Source: Mobula birostris (Eukaryota). From it: DNA of 64,000 nt. This document shows, in pieces, positions 14,348 through 27,071 of this stretch. Numbering within the stretch: position 1 is the stretch's first letter; every line of letters begins with the position of its first letter. The translations under genes and the position numbers were made by a program. Where the stretch lies: contig NC_092402.1 in assembly GCF_030028105.1 (NCBI RefSeq), positions 35,262,843 to 35,326,842 on the forward strand. Reading direction: 5' to 3'. The notes beneath the pieces were generated by a model. That model saw nothing but the letters and a program-made list of their open reading frames with translations, searched no databases and was not told the origin of the DNA.

Positions 14348-16549
14348 GTTGCTGGATCAATTGAGTTTCAATGGTAAAGCCCAGGATGCTAATGATTATC
14401 ACTGAATGTCACAGATAGATGGTTAGCCTCTCTCTCTCGCTGGTGATGATCATTGTCTGGCATTCTATACTGTGAATATTATGCCACTTCTTCATCCATG
14501 TCTGAGTGTTGTCTAGATCTTGCTGCATGCTGACATGGAATGTTTTACTTCTCAAAAACTGAATTGAATTGAACATTTTGTTATCATGAGAAATACCTCT
14601 GACTTACTGATGAAAAGAAGGTCATTGATGAAGCAAATTAAAATATTTGCTCCTAGCACACTGCTATCCTGGGACTGGAATGCTTTATCCGTCTGCTTTT
14701 GTTCAAGGTATGGCTTTTGGAGTAGTTTCCCTTTGAGGTCCATCAGAACCCTGAGGCCTGATGCAGGGTTTCAATCTGAGACATCAACAATTCCTTCTCT
14801 CCCACCCCCTTGGGTGCTGCTCAACCATGTGGGTTTCTCCAGCAGATTATTTGTTGCTCAGGTAGGCTTATCCTTAATATTGGATCCAATTTGGCAGTTA
14901 CATTTGGCAGGACTTGACCAGCTCACACTGTGATTCTAACAAGCCATCTTGGAGATGGATATTGAAGTCCCCCATCCTGACTGGATTCTGTGCCCTTTCA
15001 GCTTTTAGTGCTTCTTTCAAATGTTCAACATTCATCAGCTGAGGAAGTTAAATGGGTGGTAACCAGGAGGGGCAAATGGCGGTCATGTTTTAATTTGTTG
15101 TAATTAAACCTGTTTCTTTAAGATAACATTTATGTAATATTTGAAAGTTTGAAAACAACAATACTAATGGAATCTATTGTTTCTATTGTCTCTTCAATAT
15201 TTGTTTCTGTAATTGTTACTCTAATCTATAATCTGTGAATTATAATTTTTCACCTTTTTAGGTTCCAGGGGACACAGAGGAGATTTGGCAAATTGTCACA
15301 TGCACATAATAAAGTTGCAACTAATCTCATTTTTTAATCAGCCACCAGCCCAGCCCTTCCACTTTTTAGACAGATACATTTGATCTCCTTTCATATTCTT
15401 TCTGTCATGGTCAATACAATTTTCAAATATACCATTCTGGGAAATCACTCTACATTTCACATTATTGTATCTAAATGAAGTGCAACATTTTACTACTCCA
15501 TAGTTTCTGGGGATCTTTTCCTAAGTAATTTCCTGATTATTGACTTTTGTCACATACACTCACATATGGACTAACCTATGTTCCAATAATGTGACAATAT
15601 GAGGGCACCAAATAAAACAAAAGTTTTTTTTAACAAAGAAGCTGATGTGTATAGAAAAGGCTAATTTATCATTTTATATCTGACTCTACCTTTTCAGAAG
15701 ATGGTTGACTGAAGAGCTTAAAACTGTTCCTCTATGCCTTGATCATTGTAACAAAAAGGCACAAACTGCCATGCACTACTGGGCCAGAGGGAAATTTTAA
15801 GAACAAACATGTCTATATTGTTACCCACCCTTGTTGCACTTTGAACTCCAATAAGAGTGAGAGGAAGTGGGGTGGAATATGGAGAAAGGAAAGAAGATAT
15901 TTTGGGCTATGATCAACCTCTGAGGGAAATTCACTGCTTCTCCTGTGTCCATTTGTCTACAGGATTTGCATACAGAAGACCAGATGCTTAAAGAATTGAG
16001 CCAGTACATGGAAATTAGTATTCAACCACTATTATTAATATTTTTATAACAACTATTATCGTTATTTAGTTTAATAGAGTGGAATTACAATTGCACATAA
16101 ACATCTATTTGAGTGCCTAATTATTTTCTATATTATCTCAATGTGCACTTGTGAATGTACAAATTAATATAGATTTACTCACAAAAATGGAAAAGGTTAT
16201 ATATGTAAAAAAAAGTTTGTGTATTACTTGTGAATACCTTATCCAAATAAAAATTAAATTAAAAGAAAAGAATTGAGCCAGAAACTCGATCTTCTATTTT
16301 TATTTTTTTTCTCTCTCTGCAACTGTGCATTAGTAAATGACAATCCTTCGAAGATACTTATTTTACTGCGACGGCAACTTTTAATCTTCATTAATGGTAG
16401 CTGTAAAGCAACTGACTTTTAAATAATTAATCTTGGTTGATGAGTGTAATCTTAATAAAATCTGAGCTGTCAATCTGTGGAGACAGAAGTTTCCAGTTAA
16501 AACATCTGTGGTTACTGCAGAAGGACATGTCAGAACAAAGTAAAAATTG

Positions 16550-16654
16550 ATTGGAAGCAGTTTCACATGTGACAGCCCCAGCTCTATAAAACCATCAGTA
16601 CAGAACCAAACCTTCAGACTGCAAGTACATTCCATCCTACAGAGAGGGGTAAGT
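16550..16654 (+). promoter_or_regulatory. Putative Pol II core promoter and 33-nt non-coding first exon, probably of the LRR gene
   Basis: Reverse CCAAT (ATTGG, 16550), TATAAAA 16585-16591, Inr consensus TCAGACT 16614-16620 (A at +31 from the TATA), and consensus donor GTAAGT 16649-16654. Candidate acceptor CAG at 18819-18821, just upstream of the LRR ATG. Confidence 0.6.
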
Positions 16655-18852
16655 GATATCATGTATATTGATATATTCAGATCTTGTTACCTACATGTTA
16701 TTAATCTAATCAATTGCTGCATTGATAAGCAAAGAGAAAATGTTTCATATACTATAAATATTAAATTCAGTAAATGCTGGAAAAACACAGTGGGTCAGCC
16801 ATAATTTGTGGAACTCACAGGCAACTTTTGTTTTACTGCAGGCACTGAAAAGTAAAATTGCTGTAACCATATTCTGAGGAATAGAAGAAATGGCTATATA
16901 ATGATTAATCTGCTGTGTGCTTCCAGTTTTTATTGGATTGGCTGACAACTTAAAAAAATTGGAATATACAGTAATTTATGGGTTGAAATGATATAGAATG
17001 GGGTGTTACATCATGTATAATATATATTTAAATGAGAGACAGCTGACACATTGGACACCTTCCTAAGGATTATAGAAGAAATTTCAATGGTGTGCATAAC
17101 ACCAGAAAAGATTTCATTTTCGTGACACCCTGCACTGAATTTACCTACAGGTGTTTTGAATCTTTCACAAATATTTGTAAAAGTAAAATTATGCTAACAC
17201 CATTTATGGAGTACATGCTGTTTTTGTATACACCAAAAAATTATTAATACCAGCTGCTGGAAAAACCATGGAGGAAAGGAGAAGTTTGATGTGAATTGTT
17301 TTATGATTTTATTTTGTTTCTACCTGACTGTCTTCTACTTAATTTGATGGTTTAAGTTTTCTTGCTGTGCAGTGTAGAATTAAATGATTTTTCATGTTAC
17401 ATGCATAAATTCACAAACAAAACATTAATAAATATAAAGGAATATCCAGAGTTGATTCAAAGCATAGGACACCATTGGGTCCATTATCACCACTCTAATC
17501 ACTTGACTGGGTTATTCACTTACACCCATCCACTGACACTGTTCACAACCCATTTTAAGTTATCCTTTCTCAAATATGTATCAACTTTACATTTTACATC
17601 ATGCTTATCCTTAAGTTTTCAAAGTAAATTTATTACCAAAGTACGTGCATATATGTTACCATATACCACCTTGACATTCATTTTTTTGCAGGCATTTACA
17701 GGAAAATAAAGAAATCCAATAGAATTTATGGAAAAACCATACATAAATAAAGACTGGCTACCAATGTGTAAAGGAAGGGAAATTATATCTGCAAAGTATT
17801 TGAAGTTACTAGATAATATAATTCAACAAACCACCTCCTTCCCTCTTTATCAGCTGTTACCCATCTCTGTCCTTAGGTTACAGAAGGTGATGAATGTAAA
17901 TGGGCTCTTTGCAATTTACTTTATCAATTTTGAATACCTTATCCAGATCTCATTAATGACCTTTGATTGATCTACAGGAGCCTGGTTTCTTTAATCAGCT
18001 CTTATTCCAGGTTCAGCTTACGTATAAGAACATAATAGATAGAAGCAGCTGCAGGCCATTCAGCCCTCAAGTCAGCGCTGTCATTCAACAAGGTCATGGG
18101 TAATCTTTTACCTTAGCCCCACTTTCGTGCACTAATGCCCTGTTGTTTGAAAATTTGTTGATCTGGGGAATGAATAGACTTGAGTGACCAAGTCTCCAGT
18201 CCTCTGGGATACAGAATTCCATGTACAGTATTCAACACAGTTTAAGTGAAGAAATCTTCCCTCTTCTTAGTGCAGAATAGTTGACTCCTAATCTTGAGGG
18301 TTCTAGAATAGTGGAGGCACCCAAGACAGGACACAATATTCACAAGTTTACTACATGTCATTTAATATATAATTGTCGGGAAAACTAATTTAACCCAGAC
18401 AAATATAAAGGTAATAAGGGATTAGAATGTATATTTGATGTGGATCATGGGAGAAAAGTTAGACATTATGTTAAGTAACATATGTTTTATTTACTGTTAC
18501 AGTGACGAGAAAGTAGTTGTAAATTTGGACGTTCTTGACAAAGAAGAAATCAAAAACAAAAACAAATGACAAGCGATGAGCCTGCAGTGACAAGGTGAAT
18601 ATTGTATGTCCAAAATTAAAGGAAAAAGTAGCTTTAGAAAGGTAATCAAGAGAACAATCCGTAAATGTAAGCAAAAGACACAAATGCTACGATATATGTT
18701 TTCAATAGTTAAACTATTTGCGAGAGGTTGTTAAAGTGACTCAGTTTAATGGAACTGGCATACATTTTGCATTCGCCAAATACTTGAAGGAATTTGTTTA
18801 TCCGTATCTCGAAAACCTCAGTTTCTGAAGCACTTTGAAAATTGCAAACGGT

Positions 18853-19920
18853 ATGAACCTAATTATTACCACTTGCCTCGGTGTCTTGGTGGGCATCCTG
18901 AAGACCGATGGATTCAAACTGTGCCCGCACCGTTGCTCCTGCGATGATTTTTCCCATTTCGTGGACTGTAAAAGGCGTTCCCTGACTTCCATCCCGAGGG
19001 ATATCCCACACGGCACATGGATGCTAGACATTAGATACAACAACCTGGCTGAGATTCCCTGCGGTTCCTTCAGCGGACTGTGGTCCACGCGGGTAGTCCT
19101 GTTGGCTCGCAACCGAATCAATCGCATCCATTCTGGAGCCTTCGAGTCCCTGAATTTTCTGGAAAGCCTAGATCTGGATCAAAATCGTATAAAGTTTCTA
19201 CCCGGGGATCTTTCTAATAGCCTGCAGCACTTGATAGAACTGAGACTGTCGAATAACCATGTTGAATACATACACGGCGACAGCATGCGGAATTTGGAAA
19301 GCCTGCAGAAGTTGGACCTGAGCGGCAATTTGATCACGTCCATGGAAAGCGGGGTTTTCAGAGGTCTGCTCAAACTCCGGACTCTGTTCCTGAAAAACAA
19401 CAGGCTGGTCGTCATTGAAAACGGATACTTCCTCATGCTACAAAGTCTGGAAGTTCTTCACTTGGAGAATAACAACATTTCAACCATCCAGGGAGAAGCG
19501 TTCGGCTCTCTGCGGAGCTTGAATCTCCTGTGTTTGAATGGAAATCGTTTGAATCACATCAACTTCAAAACGTTTCTGAACATTCAGACTCAAGGAACCC
19601 ACCTGCAGCTCGCTCGTAATCATTGGACGTGTGACTGCGATCTCCAGAGAGTGTTTGGGAAGATCGTCAGTGTTCGGCATCTGCATGTAGACGATTACAG
19701 CAACATCACGTGTTCAGCTCCTGGACACCTCCTGGGATATCCACTGGTAGCAGTGGATTCGCAGCTGTGCGTGGCCGAGACTGCCACCGTCTTGGTGATA
19801 ACTGGCACGGTGCTGGTCACTGTCATCGCCGCCATGGTTATGGCCGAAAGGAACCGGAAGAAAGCCGGGAACAAGAGTTGGAACGACAACGACGGGCCCT
19901 TTGACTCTCAGGAGAAATGA
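18853..19920 (+). CDS. Type-I transmembrane leucine-rich-repeat protein, single coding exon, 355 aa (copy 1)
   Basis: ATG at 18853. Signal peptide MNLIITTCLGVLVGILKTDG; LRRNT CPHRCSC..VDC; 8 LxxLxLxxN repeats; LRRCT NHWTCDCDL...C..P...C; TM segment TATVLVITGTVLVTVIAAMVMA; short cytoplasmic tail. Confidence 0.92.
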   Translation: MNLIITTCLGVLVGILKTDGFKLCPHRCSCDDFSHFVDCKRRSLTSIPRDIPHGTWMLDIRYNNLAEIPCGSFSGLWSTRVVLLARNRINRIHSGAFESLNFLESLDLDQNRIKFLPGDLSNSLQHLIELRLSNNHVEYIHGDSMRNLESLQKLDLSGNLITSMESGVFRGLLKLRTLFLKNNRLVVIENGYFLMLQSLEVLHLENNNISTIQGEAFGSLRSLNLLCLNGNRLNHINFKTFLNIQTQGTHLQLARNHWTCDCDLQRVFGKIVSVRHLHVDDYSNITCSAPGHLLGYPLVAVDSQLCVAETATVLVITGTVLVTVIAAMVMAERNRKKAGNKSWNDNDGPFDSQEK

Positions 19921-21120
19921 CGCTTTGCTGAAGAACTGTATTGAGATCAATGGTGTCGGTTTCCGCTGAGATACCAGGTTCAGAACATCTTATCATAAAC
20001 ATTATCTTTCAAGAAAATGTTCTTGATAAATTGTAATCAGTTTCTGAGAGCCCACGTTCTGAGAACCCACAAAAGTAAACCAACTTTCAGAGAAATTAAC
20101 ACAACCATTTGTTTGAACAGAAATTGTATACCGTTCTTTATATCTCCCGATCTGTCAGGATTATGTCAAACGATAAATCATTCATTGAGAGTTGTTCCGG
20201 TTGTTTTTCCCCCCTTGAGAATGCACACTTTCCCGGAATATTAACAACACTGAATCCCCGCCACCCCGTCTGCTATAGAATGTTTCTAATTCCCTTATAG
20301 TTTAACCATTTTTTTTTGTAGCTAACACGGACCATGAATATTGGCGAGACTTGGAAATATCCCAACTGTAGTTCGATCCAAGCAGACGGAGAATGCTCGG
20401 AGTGAATCGGTGATGTAAGGGACAGGAAGAATATGAGACGGCAGATCAGTGAAGTCATGTCTATATGTATATCTGTAATGCAAAAGTATCAGGGAACGGT
20501 TATATTGATTAGTGCTACTTAAGTCAAAGTGGAAGTGAATGCTCTTGAATTACTCTAGCTTTGAATTTCTCGATGAACAGGTAAAACTGAACATTTTGCA
20601 TAGAGAATTCTTTGTTCCGCGCGATCCACTGGCTACTGCATTCCTAAAGAATTCAACAGCATGTCAAGCTCACTAGTAGATTAACAAGTCGGCTCGCTGC
20701 TTTCTTAAAATGTTATAAACGAAGTTCAGTTTTGAAACTCTAGATGTTTTCTGAGCTTTTATAGCTACATCAGAGTAGCTTTCTTAAACCGTTACAAGCA
20801 CTGATACTGGAGCCATCATTACCTGGTAAAATGGCGCTTACATGCAGTATGCGAAAATGAACTGCTTTGTGTTACTGTTCATTTTGGTGAAAAGTTAAAC
20901 TGAAGTGTGTCCTTTTAAAATTAATATTAATTATTAGCTGTTTCATCAACCTTAACCGTCAACAGGGCTTTTTAAAAATAATAATATTTTAAAATTTGTT
21001 CCTTGCGTGCTGGAAATTATAACTACTGTACTGTATTTCGTTTGCATTTTATATAAAGACCTTTGGGGGATTTCATCAAAGTATAGTGAGCATTTGATTA
21101 ATGCCAATTTAGCCAATATA

Positions 21121-21274
21121 CAGCAACACTCACAAAATGCTGGGGGAACTCAGCAGGTGAGGCAGCATCTATGGAAAAGAGTAAACTGTCGACGTTTCCG
21201 GCCGAGACCCTTCATCGGGACAAGAAAAAAAGATGAGAAGTTAGAGCAAGAAGGTGGTGGTGGTGGTGGTGGTC

Positions 21275-21321
<47 letters not shown>

Positions 21322-23400
21322 ACACGCGTACGTACGCACAAGGTGGTAGGTGATAGGCAAAACCGGGAGGGGGGAGGGTGAGGTAAAGAGCCGGGGAACT
21401 GATAGGTTAAAGAGATGACGGGCTGGAGAAGGGCGGGGGGGGGGGGAGTGGGATCTGATAGGAGAGGGTAGAAGACCGTGGAGGAAAGGGAAGGAGGAGG
21501 AGCACCAGAGGGAGGTGATGGGCAGGTAAGGAGATAAGGTGAGAGAGGGAAACAGGAATGGGAATGGGGAAGGGGGCAATTACCGGAAGTTCGAGAAATC
21601 GATGCTTATACCATCTTGTAGGAGGTTACCCAGACGGAATATGTTTTGCTCCTCCAACCTGAGTGTGGCTTCATCGCGACAATAGAGGAGAGCATGGATG
21701 GACTTGTCGGAATGGGAATGGGGAGTGGAATTAAAATAGGTGGCTTCCGAGAGATCTGGCTGAAGGAGCGTAGGTGCTCGGGGAAGCGGTCTCCCAATCT
21801 ACGTCGGGTCTCACTCATATACGGGAGGCCACACCGAGAGCACCCGATTTAGTAGATGACCCCAACGGATTCACAGGTGAAGTGTCGCCTCAGCTGGAAG
21901 GACTGTTTGGGGCCCTGAATGGTAGTGAGGGAGAAGGTATAGGGGCGGGTGTAGCACTTGTTCCGTTGGCAAGGCTAAGTACCAGGTAGCTGTGAGAACC
22001 AGTGGGGTTACAAAAAGGATTATATAAAAAAATCAGTAGGCAAATGTCTCCAGAGATAGAGACAGAGAAATCGAGAAAGGGGAGAGGGTGTTGGAAATAG
22101 AGCAGGTAAATTTTGAGGGCAATGGAAGTTGGAGGAAAAGTTGATTAAGTCGACGAGCTCGAATACAGGAAGCAGCAACAATGCAGCCGTCGATGTAGCG
22201 TAGGAAAAGTGGGGGATGGTCACCAGTGTAGGCTTGAAACATAGACTGTTCCACATGGCCGACAAAAAGTCAGGCAAAGCTAGGACCCATTCGAGTGCTC
22301 ATGGCTACTTACACCTCTGGTTTGGAGGAAGCGGGAGGAGCCGAAGGAGAGATTAACAGCTAGGACCGGTTCCGCCAGACGGAAGAGAGTGGTAGTGGAA
22401 GGGAGCAGGTTAGACCTGTTATCTAGAAAGAAGCGGGGAGCTTTAAGGCCCTCCTGATGGGGAATGGAGGGTGGAGGTGTATAGGAACCCGACGTCCATG
22501 GTGAAAGTGAGATGATCGGGGCCAGGGAAGTTGAAAAAATCCGGAGCATGTGAAATGTCACGGATGTAGGTAGGAAGGGACTGAACCTGGGGGGATAAAA
22601 CAGAGTCGAGGTATGCAGATAGAAGTTCAGCGTGACAGGAACAAGCAGAAACAATGGGTCTACCTGGACTAACGGGTTTGTGGACAGGAGGTAGCAACGG
22701 GAAGTGCGGGGTAAGGGAACTATGAGGTTGCTGGCAGTGAATGGGATCCAGAATAAGGGGATCCATAATAAGGACAATGATGGTGCGGGTGACAATGGTT
22801 GGTTCTCCTCAGTGAGGTCCTGTTCGAGGGGTAAGTACGAGGAAGTGACTGAGAGTTGTTGCTTGTCCTCAGCAAGTTAGGAGTCAGTCCTCCAGACAAC
22901 TACAGCACCTCGCTGCAGGTTTGCTGGTGAGGTTAGGATTAGTGTGGAGAGAGCAGAGACCAATGCGTTCTGAAGGAGTGAGGTTTGAATTTGAGAGAGG
23001 AGTGGTAAGGTCGAGACGGTTGAAGACTCGTCGGCATTTAGTACTGAAAAGATCCAGAGCAGGCAGAAGACCAGGGCAGGGTGTCAAGGGAGATGAGGAG
23101 GGTTGAAGACGGGAGAAAGGGGGTCATCGGTGCGGGGTAGAGAAACAGGCACGGGGACGGATGCGACGGAAGAAGCGCTCAGCTTCAAGGCGGGCGCGTA
23201 ACTCACCGATGTGTGGGCTTAGGGGGACGAAAGTTAGGCCCTTACTAAGGACAGAACGTTCTGCCTCAGAGAGGGGAAGGTCACAGGGAATAGTGAAGAC
23301 CCGGCATAGACAGCTGGGATCAGAGAGGGGAATTAGGGGAGGTTGGGGTTTTCAGGGAAGGTGGATGGGAGGAAGATGGAGTCTCCGAGGACCCAAGAGC
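21121..23400 (-). mobile_element. Degenerate Penelope-like retroelement (RT and GIY-YIG remnants)
   Basis: Minus-strand peptides PGRPIVSACSC, FTMDV, FLRYIDGC and ETRRRLGDRFPEHLRS. Terminal repeat with a mutated hammerhead at 21186-21223. (GGT)n/(GT)n at 21253-21319. Confidence 0.85.
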
Positions 23401-23451
23401 TGACGGAGAGCTTAAAGCTCTCTGCTTCTTTCTAGATAATATCTCGACCTT

Positions 23452-23682
23452 GTTTCCACTCTCCCCCCTCCCCCCGCACCCGCCCCCGCCAAGTTCAGAC
23501 CATTCCCACCTACATCCGTGACATGTCATATGCTCTGGATCTTTTCAAGTTCCCTGGCCCCGATCGTCTCATTTTCACCTTGGACTTCCATTTCCTATAT
23601 ACTTCCATCCTCCACCTCCCCATCAGAAAGACCTTAAAATTCTCCGCTTCTTTATGGATAGCAGACCCAACCTGCCCCCTCC
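23452..23682 (+). mobile_element. Inverted Penelope RT fragment
   Basis: Plus-strand homolog of minus-strand 22400-22600 (PTYIRD.S.A.D.F.FPGPD.L.FT.D). Confidence 0.7.
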
Positions 23683-24410
23683 ACGCACAACACGCTGGAG
23701 GAACTCAGCAGGTCGAGCAGTATCCGTGGAAACTAACAGTCAACATTTCGGGCCGGAACCCTTCGTCAGAACTGAAGAGGGAAGGGGCAGAGGCCCTATA
23801 AAGAAGGTAGGGGGAGGGTGGGAACGAGACGGCTGGTAGGTTCCAGGTGAAAAACCAGTCGGGAAAGATAAAGGGGTGGGGGAGGGGAAGCAGGGAGGTG
23901 ATAGGCAGGAAAGGTGAAGAAAGAATAGGGGAAAACACAATGGGTAGTAGAAGGAGGTGGGACCATGAGGGAGGTGGTAGGTAGCTGGGGGAGGGGCAGG
24001 GTGAAATAGGGATAGGGGAAGGGAGGGGGAGGGAATTACCAGAAGTTGGAGAATTCAATGTTCATACTAAGGGGCTGGAGACTACCCAGACGGTATATGA
24101 GGTGTTGCTCCTCCAACCTGAGTTTAGCCTCATCATGGCAGTAGAGGAGGCCACGTATGGACATGTCTGAATGGGAATGTGAAGCAGAGTTGAAGTGGGT
24201 GGCTACTGGGAGATCCTGTCTGTTGTGGCGGACGGAGCGGAGGTGCTCGACGAAGTAGTCCCCCAATCTGCATCGGGTTTCACCGATGTAGAAGAGGTCA
24301 CACTGGGAGCACCGGATGCAATAGGTGACCCCAACAGACTCACAAGTGAAGTGTTGCCTCACCTGGAAGGACTGTTTGGGGCCCTGAATGGTGGTGAGAT
24401 AGGAGGTGTA
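23683..24410 (-). mobile_element. Penelope-like element 3' part: GIY-YIG endonuclease plus terminal repeat
   Basis: ORF 24036-24419 reads GVTYCIRCSQCDLFYIGETRCRLGDYFVEHLRSV...LEEQHLIYRLGSLQPLSMNIEF. Confidence 0.9.
23737..23774 (-). ncRNA. Minimal type-I hammerhead ribozyme motif (Penelope terminal repeat); duplicated at 33884-33921
   Basis: Minus strand reads CAGTT-CTGACGA-A-GGGTTCCGGCCC-GAAA-T-GTT-GACTG. Confidence 0.55.
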
Positions 24411-25973
24411 GGGACCCACTTGGTCTGCATCCCAGGGTACTTAAGGAGGTGGCTCTAGAAATCGTGGATGCATTGGTAATTATTTTCGAATGTTCTATAG
24501 ATTCAGGATCAGTTCCTGCGGATTGGAGGGTAGCTAATGTTATCCCACTTTTTAAGAAAGGAGGGAGAGAGAAAACAGGCAATTATAGACCAGTTAGTCT
24601 GACATCAGTTGTGGGGAAGATGCTGGAGTCAATTATAAAAGATGAAATAGCGGCATATTTGGATAGCAGTAGCAGGATAGGTCCGAGTCAGCATGGATTT
24701 ACGAAGAGAAAATCATGCTTGACTGTTCTTCTAGAATTTTTTGAGGATGTAACTATGAAAATGGACATGGGAAAGCCAGTGGATGTAGTGTACCTGGACT
24801 TTCAGAAGGCCTTTGATAAGGGCCCACATAGGAGATTAGTGGGCAAAATTAGAGCACATGGTATTGGGGGTAGGTACTGACATGGATAGAAAATTGGTTG
24901 GCAGACAGGAAACAAAGAGTCGGGATTAACGGGTCCTTTTCAGAATGGCAGGCAGTGACTAGTGGGGTACCGCAAGGCTCGGTGCTGGGACCGCAGCTAT
25001 TTACAATATACATTAATGATTTGGATGAAGGGATTAAAAGTAACATTAGCAAATTTGCCGATGACACAAAGCTGGGTGGCAGTGTGAAATGTGAGGAGGA
25101 TGTTATGAGAATGCAGACTTGGACAGGTTGGGTGAGTGGGCAGATGCATGGCAGATGCAGTTTAATGTGGATAAATGTGAGGTTATCCACTTTGGTGGCA
25201 AGAACAGGAAGGCAGATTACTATCTGAATGGTGTCAAGTAGGAAAAGGGGAAGTACAACGAGATCTGGGTGTCCTTGTTCATCAGTCACTGAAAGTAAGC
25301 ATACAGGTACAGCAGGCAGTGAAGAAAGCTAATGGCATGTTGGCCTTCATAACAAGGGGAATTGAGTATAGGAGCAAAGAGGTCCTTCTGCAGTTATACA
25401 AGGCCCTGGTGAGACCCCACCTGGAGTGTTGTGTGCAGTTTTGGTCTCCAAATTTGAGGAAGGACATTCTTGCTATGGAAGGAGTGCAGCGTAGTTTCAC
25501 TGGGTTAATTCCAGGGATGGCGGGACTGTCATATGTTGAAAGATTGGAATGACTGGGCTTGTATACACTGGAATTTAGAAGGATGAGAGGGGATCTGATT
25601 GAAACATATAAAATTATTAAGGGATTGGACACGCTAGAGGAAGGAAACATGTTCCTGATGTTGGGGGAGTCCAGAACCAGAGGCCACAGTTTAAGAATAA
25701 GGGGTAGACCATTTAGAACGGAGTTGAGGAAAAACTTTTTCACACAGAGGGTTGTGGATTTGTGGAATGCTCTGCCTCAGAAGGCAGTGGAGGCCAATTC
25801 TCTGGATGCTTTCAAGAAAGAGTTAGATAGAGCTCTTAAAGATAGTGGAGTCAAGGGATATGGGGAGAAGGCAGGAACAGGGTACTGATTGTGGATGATC
25901 AGCCATGATCACAGTGAATGGCGGTGCTGGCTCAAAGGGCCGAATGGCCTACTCCTGCACCTATTGTCTATTG
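24411..25973 (+). mobile_element. 5'-truncated CR1 LINE (RT, frameshifted)
   Basis: Peptides [33 protein letters not shown] and KFADDTKL; tail CTATTGTCTATTG. Confidence 0.93.
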
Positions 25974-25975
25974 AC

Positions 25976-26134
25976 TCAAAGATCAAAGTAAATTTTATTA
26001 TCAAAGTACATCTATGTCACCATACACAACACTGAGATTCATTTTCCTGTGGGCATACTCAGCAAATCTATAGAACAGTAACTATAGCAGGGTCAATAAA
26101 AGATCAATCAGAGTGCAGAGGACAACAAACTGTG
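25976..26134 (-). mobile_element. 3' tail of the host Rex1/Babar LINE (duplicated copy)
   Basis: Identical to 36123-36281, which continues at 42789. Confidence 0.7.
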
Positions 26135-27071
26135 TCAAATGCCATCTATAAATTTGCTGATGATTCAGCCATTACTGGTAGAATCCCAAATGGCAATGAG
26201 AGGGTGTACAGGAGCAAGATAGACCAGCTAGTTGAGTGGTGTTGCAGCAACAACCTGGCACTCAATGTCAGTAAGATGAAAGAGCTGATTGTGCACTTCA
26301 GGAAGGGGAGGACAAGGGAACATGAACCAATCCTCATAGAGGGATCAGAAGTGGTGAGAGTGAGCAACTTCAAGTTCCTGGGTGTCAAGATCACTGAGGA
26401 TCTAACCTGGTCTGAACATATCGATGCAGCTATAAAGAATGCAAGGCAGCAATTATACTTCATTAGGAGTTTGAAGGGATTTGGTTTGTCACCTAAAACA
26501 CTCAAAGACTTCTACAGATGTATCGGGGAGAACATTCTGACAGGCTGCATCCCTGTCTGGTATGCGGGGGGGGGGGCGGGTGGAACTACTGCACAGAAGC
26601 TACAGGAAGTTGCAAAATTAGTCAGCTTAATATTGGGTAACAGCCTCCATAGCATCCAAGACATCTTCAAGGAGCGGTGCCTCAGAAAGGCGGTGTCCAT
26701 TATTAAGGGCCCCCATCACCTAGGGGATGCCCTTTTCTCACTGTTACCATCGTAGAAAGTACAGAAGCCTGAAGGCACGCACTCAGCGATTCAGGAACAG
26801 CTTCTTCCCCTCTGTCATCCGATTCATAAACGGACATTGAACCCGTCAACACTACCTCACTACTTTTTTATTTATATTTTTGCATTACTTATTTAATTTA
26901 ACTATTTTATATAAACACTATAACGCATAAACACTATTTCACTTTTTAAAATATTATTTCTGTTTTGCACTATTTTTAAACTAACTATTTAATATACATA
27001 TATATACTTACTGTAATTGTTTTACTTATTTTTAAAATATTTTTTCTTTCTGTATTATCATGTATTGCATT
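26135..27071 (+). mobile_element. Rex1/Babar-type LINE 3' part (duplicated copy)
   Basis: Peptide KFADDSAITG...LALNVSKMKELIVHFRK...FKFLGVKI. AT-rich 3' UTR is interrupted by the LTR at 27072. Confidence 0.85.

Noticed and set aside
15245-15340. Acceptor-like site followed by a frame reading FQGTQRRFGK (RFamide-like) and an AATAAA
   Set aside because: No upstream signal-peptide exon or precursor context was found, and a match this short is expected by chance.
18835-18852. ORF-track start at TTG giving a 361-aa LRR protein
   Set aside because: In a eukaryotic gene, the ATG at 18853 directly opens the signal peptide and is the more plausible start.
18798-19950. Several antisense and alternate-frame ORFs over the LRR gene
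   Set aside because: Shadow ORFs of a GC-richer coding exon, with no recognisable motifs.
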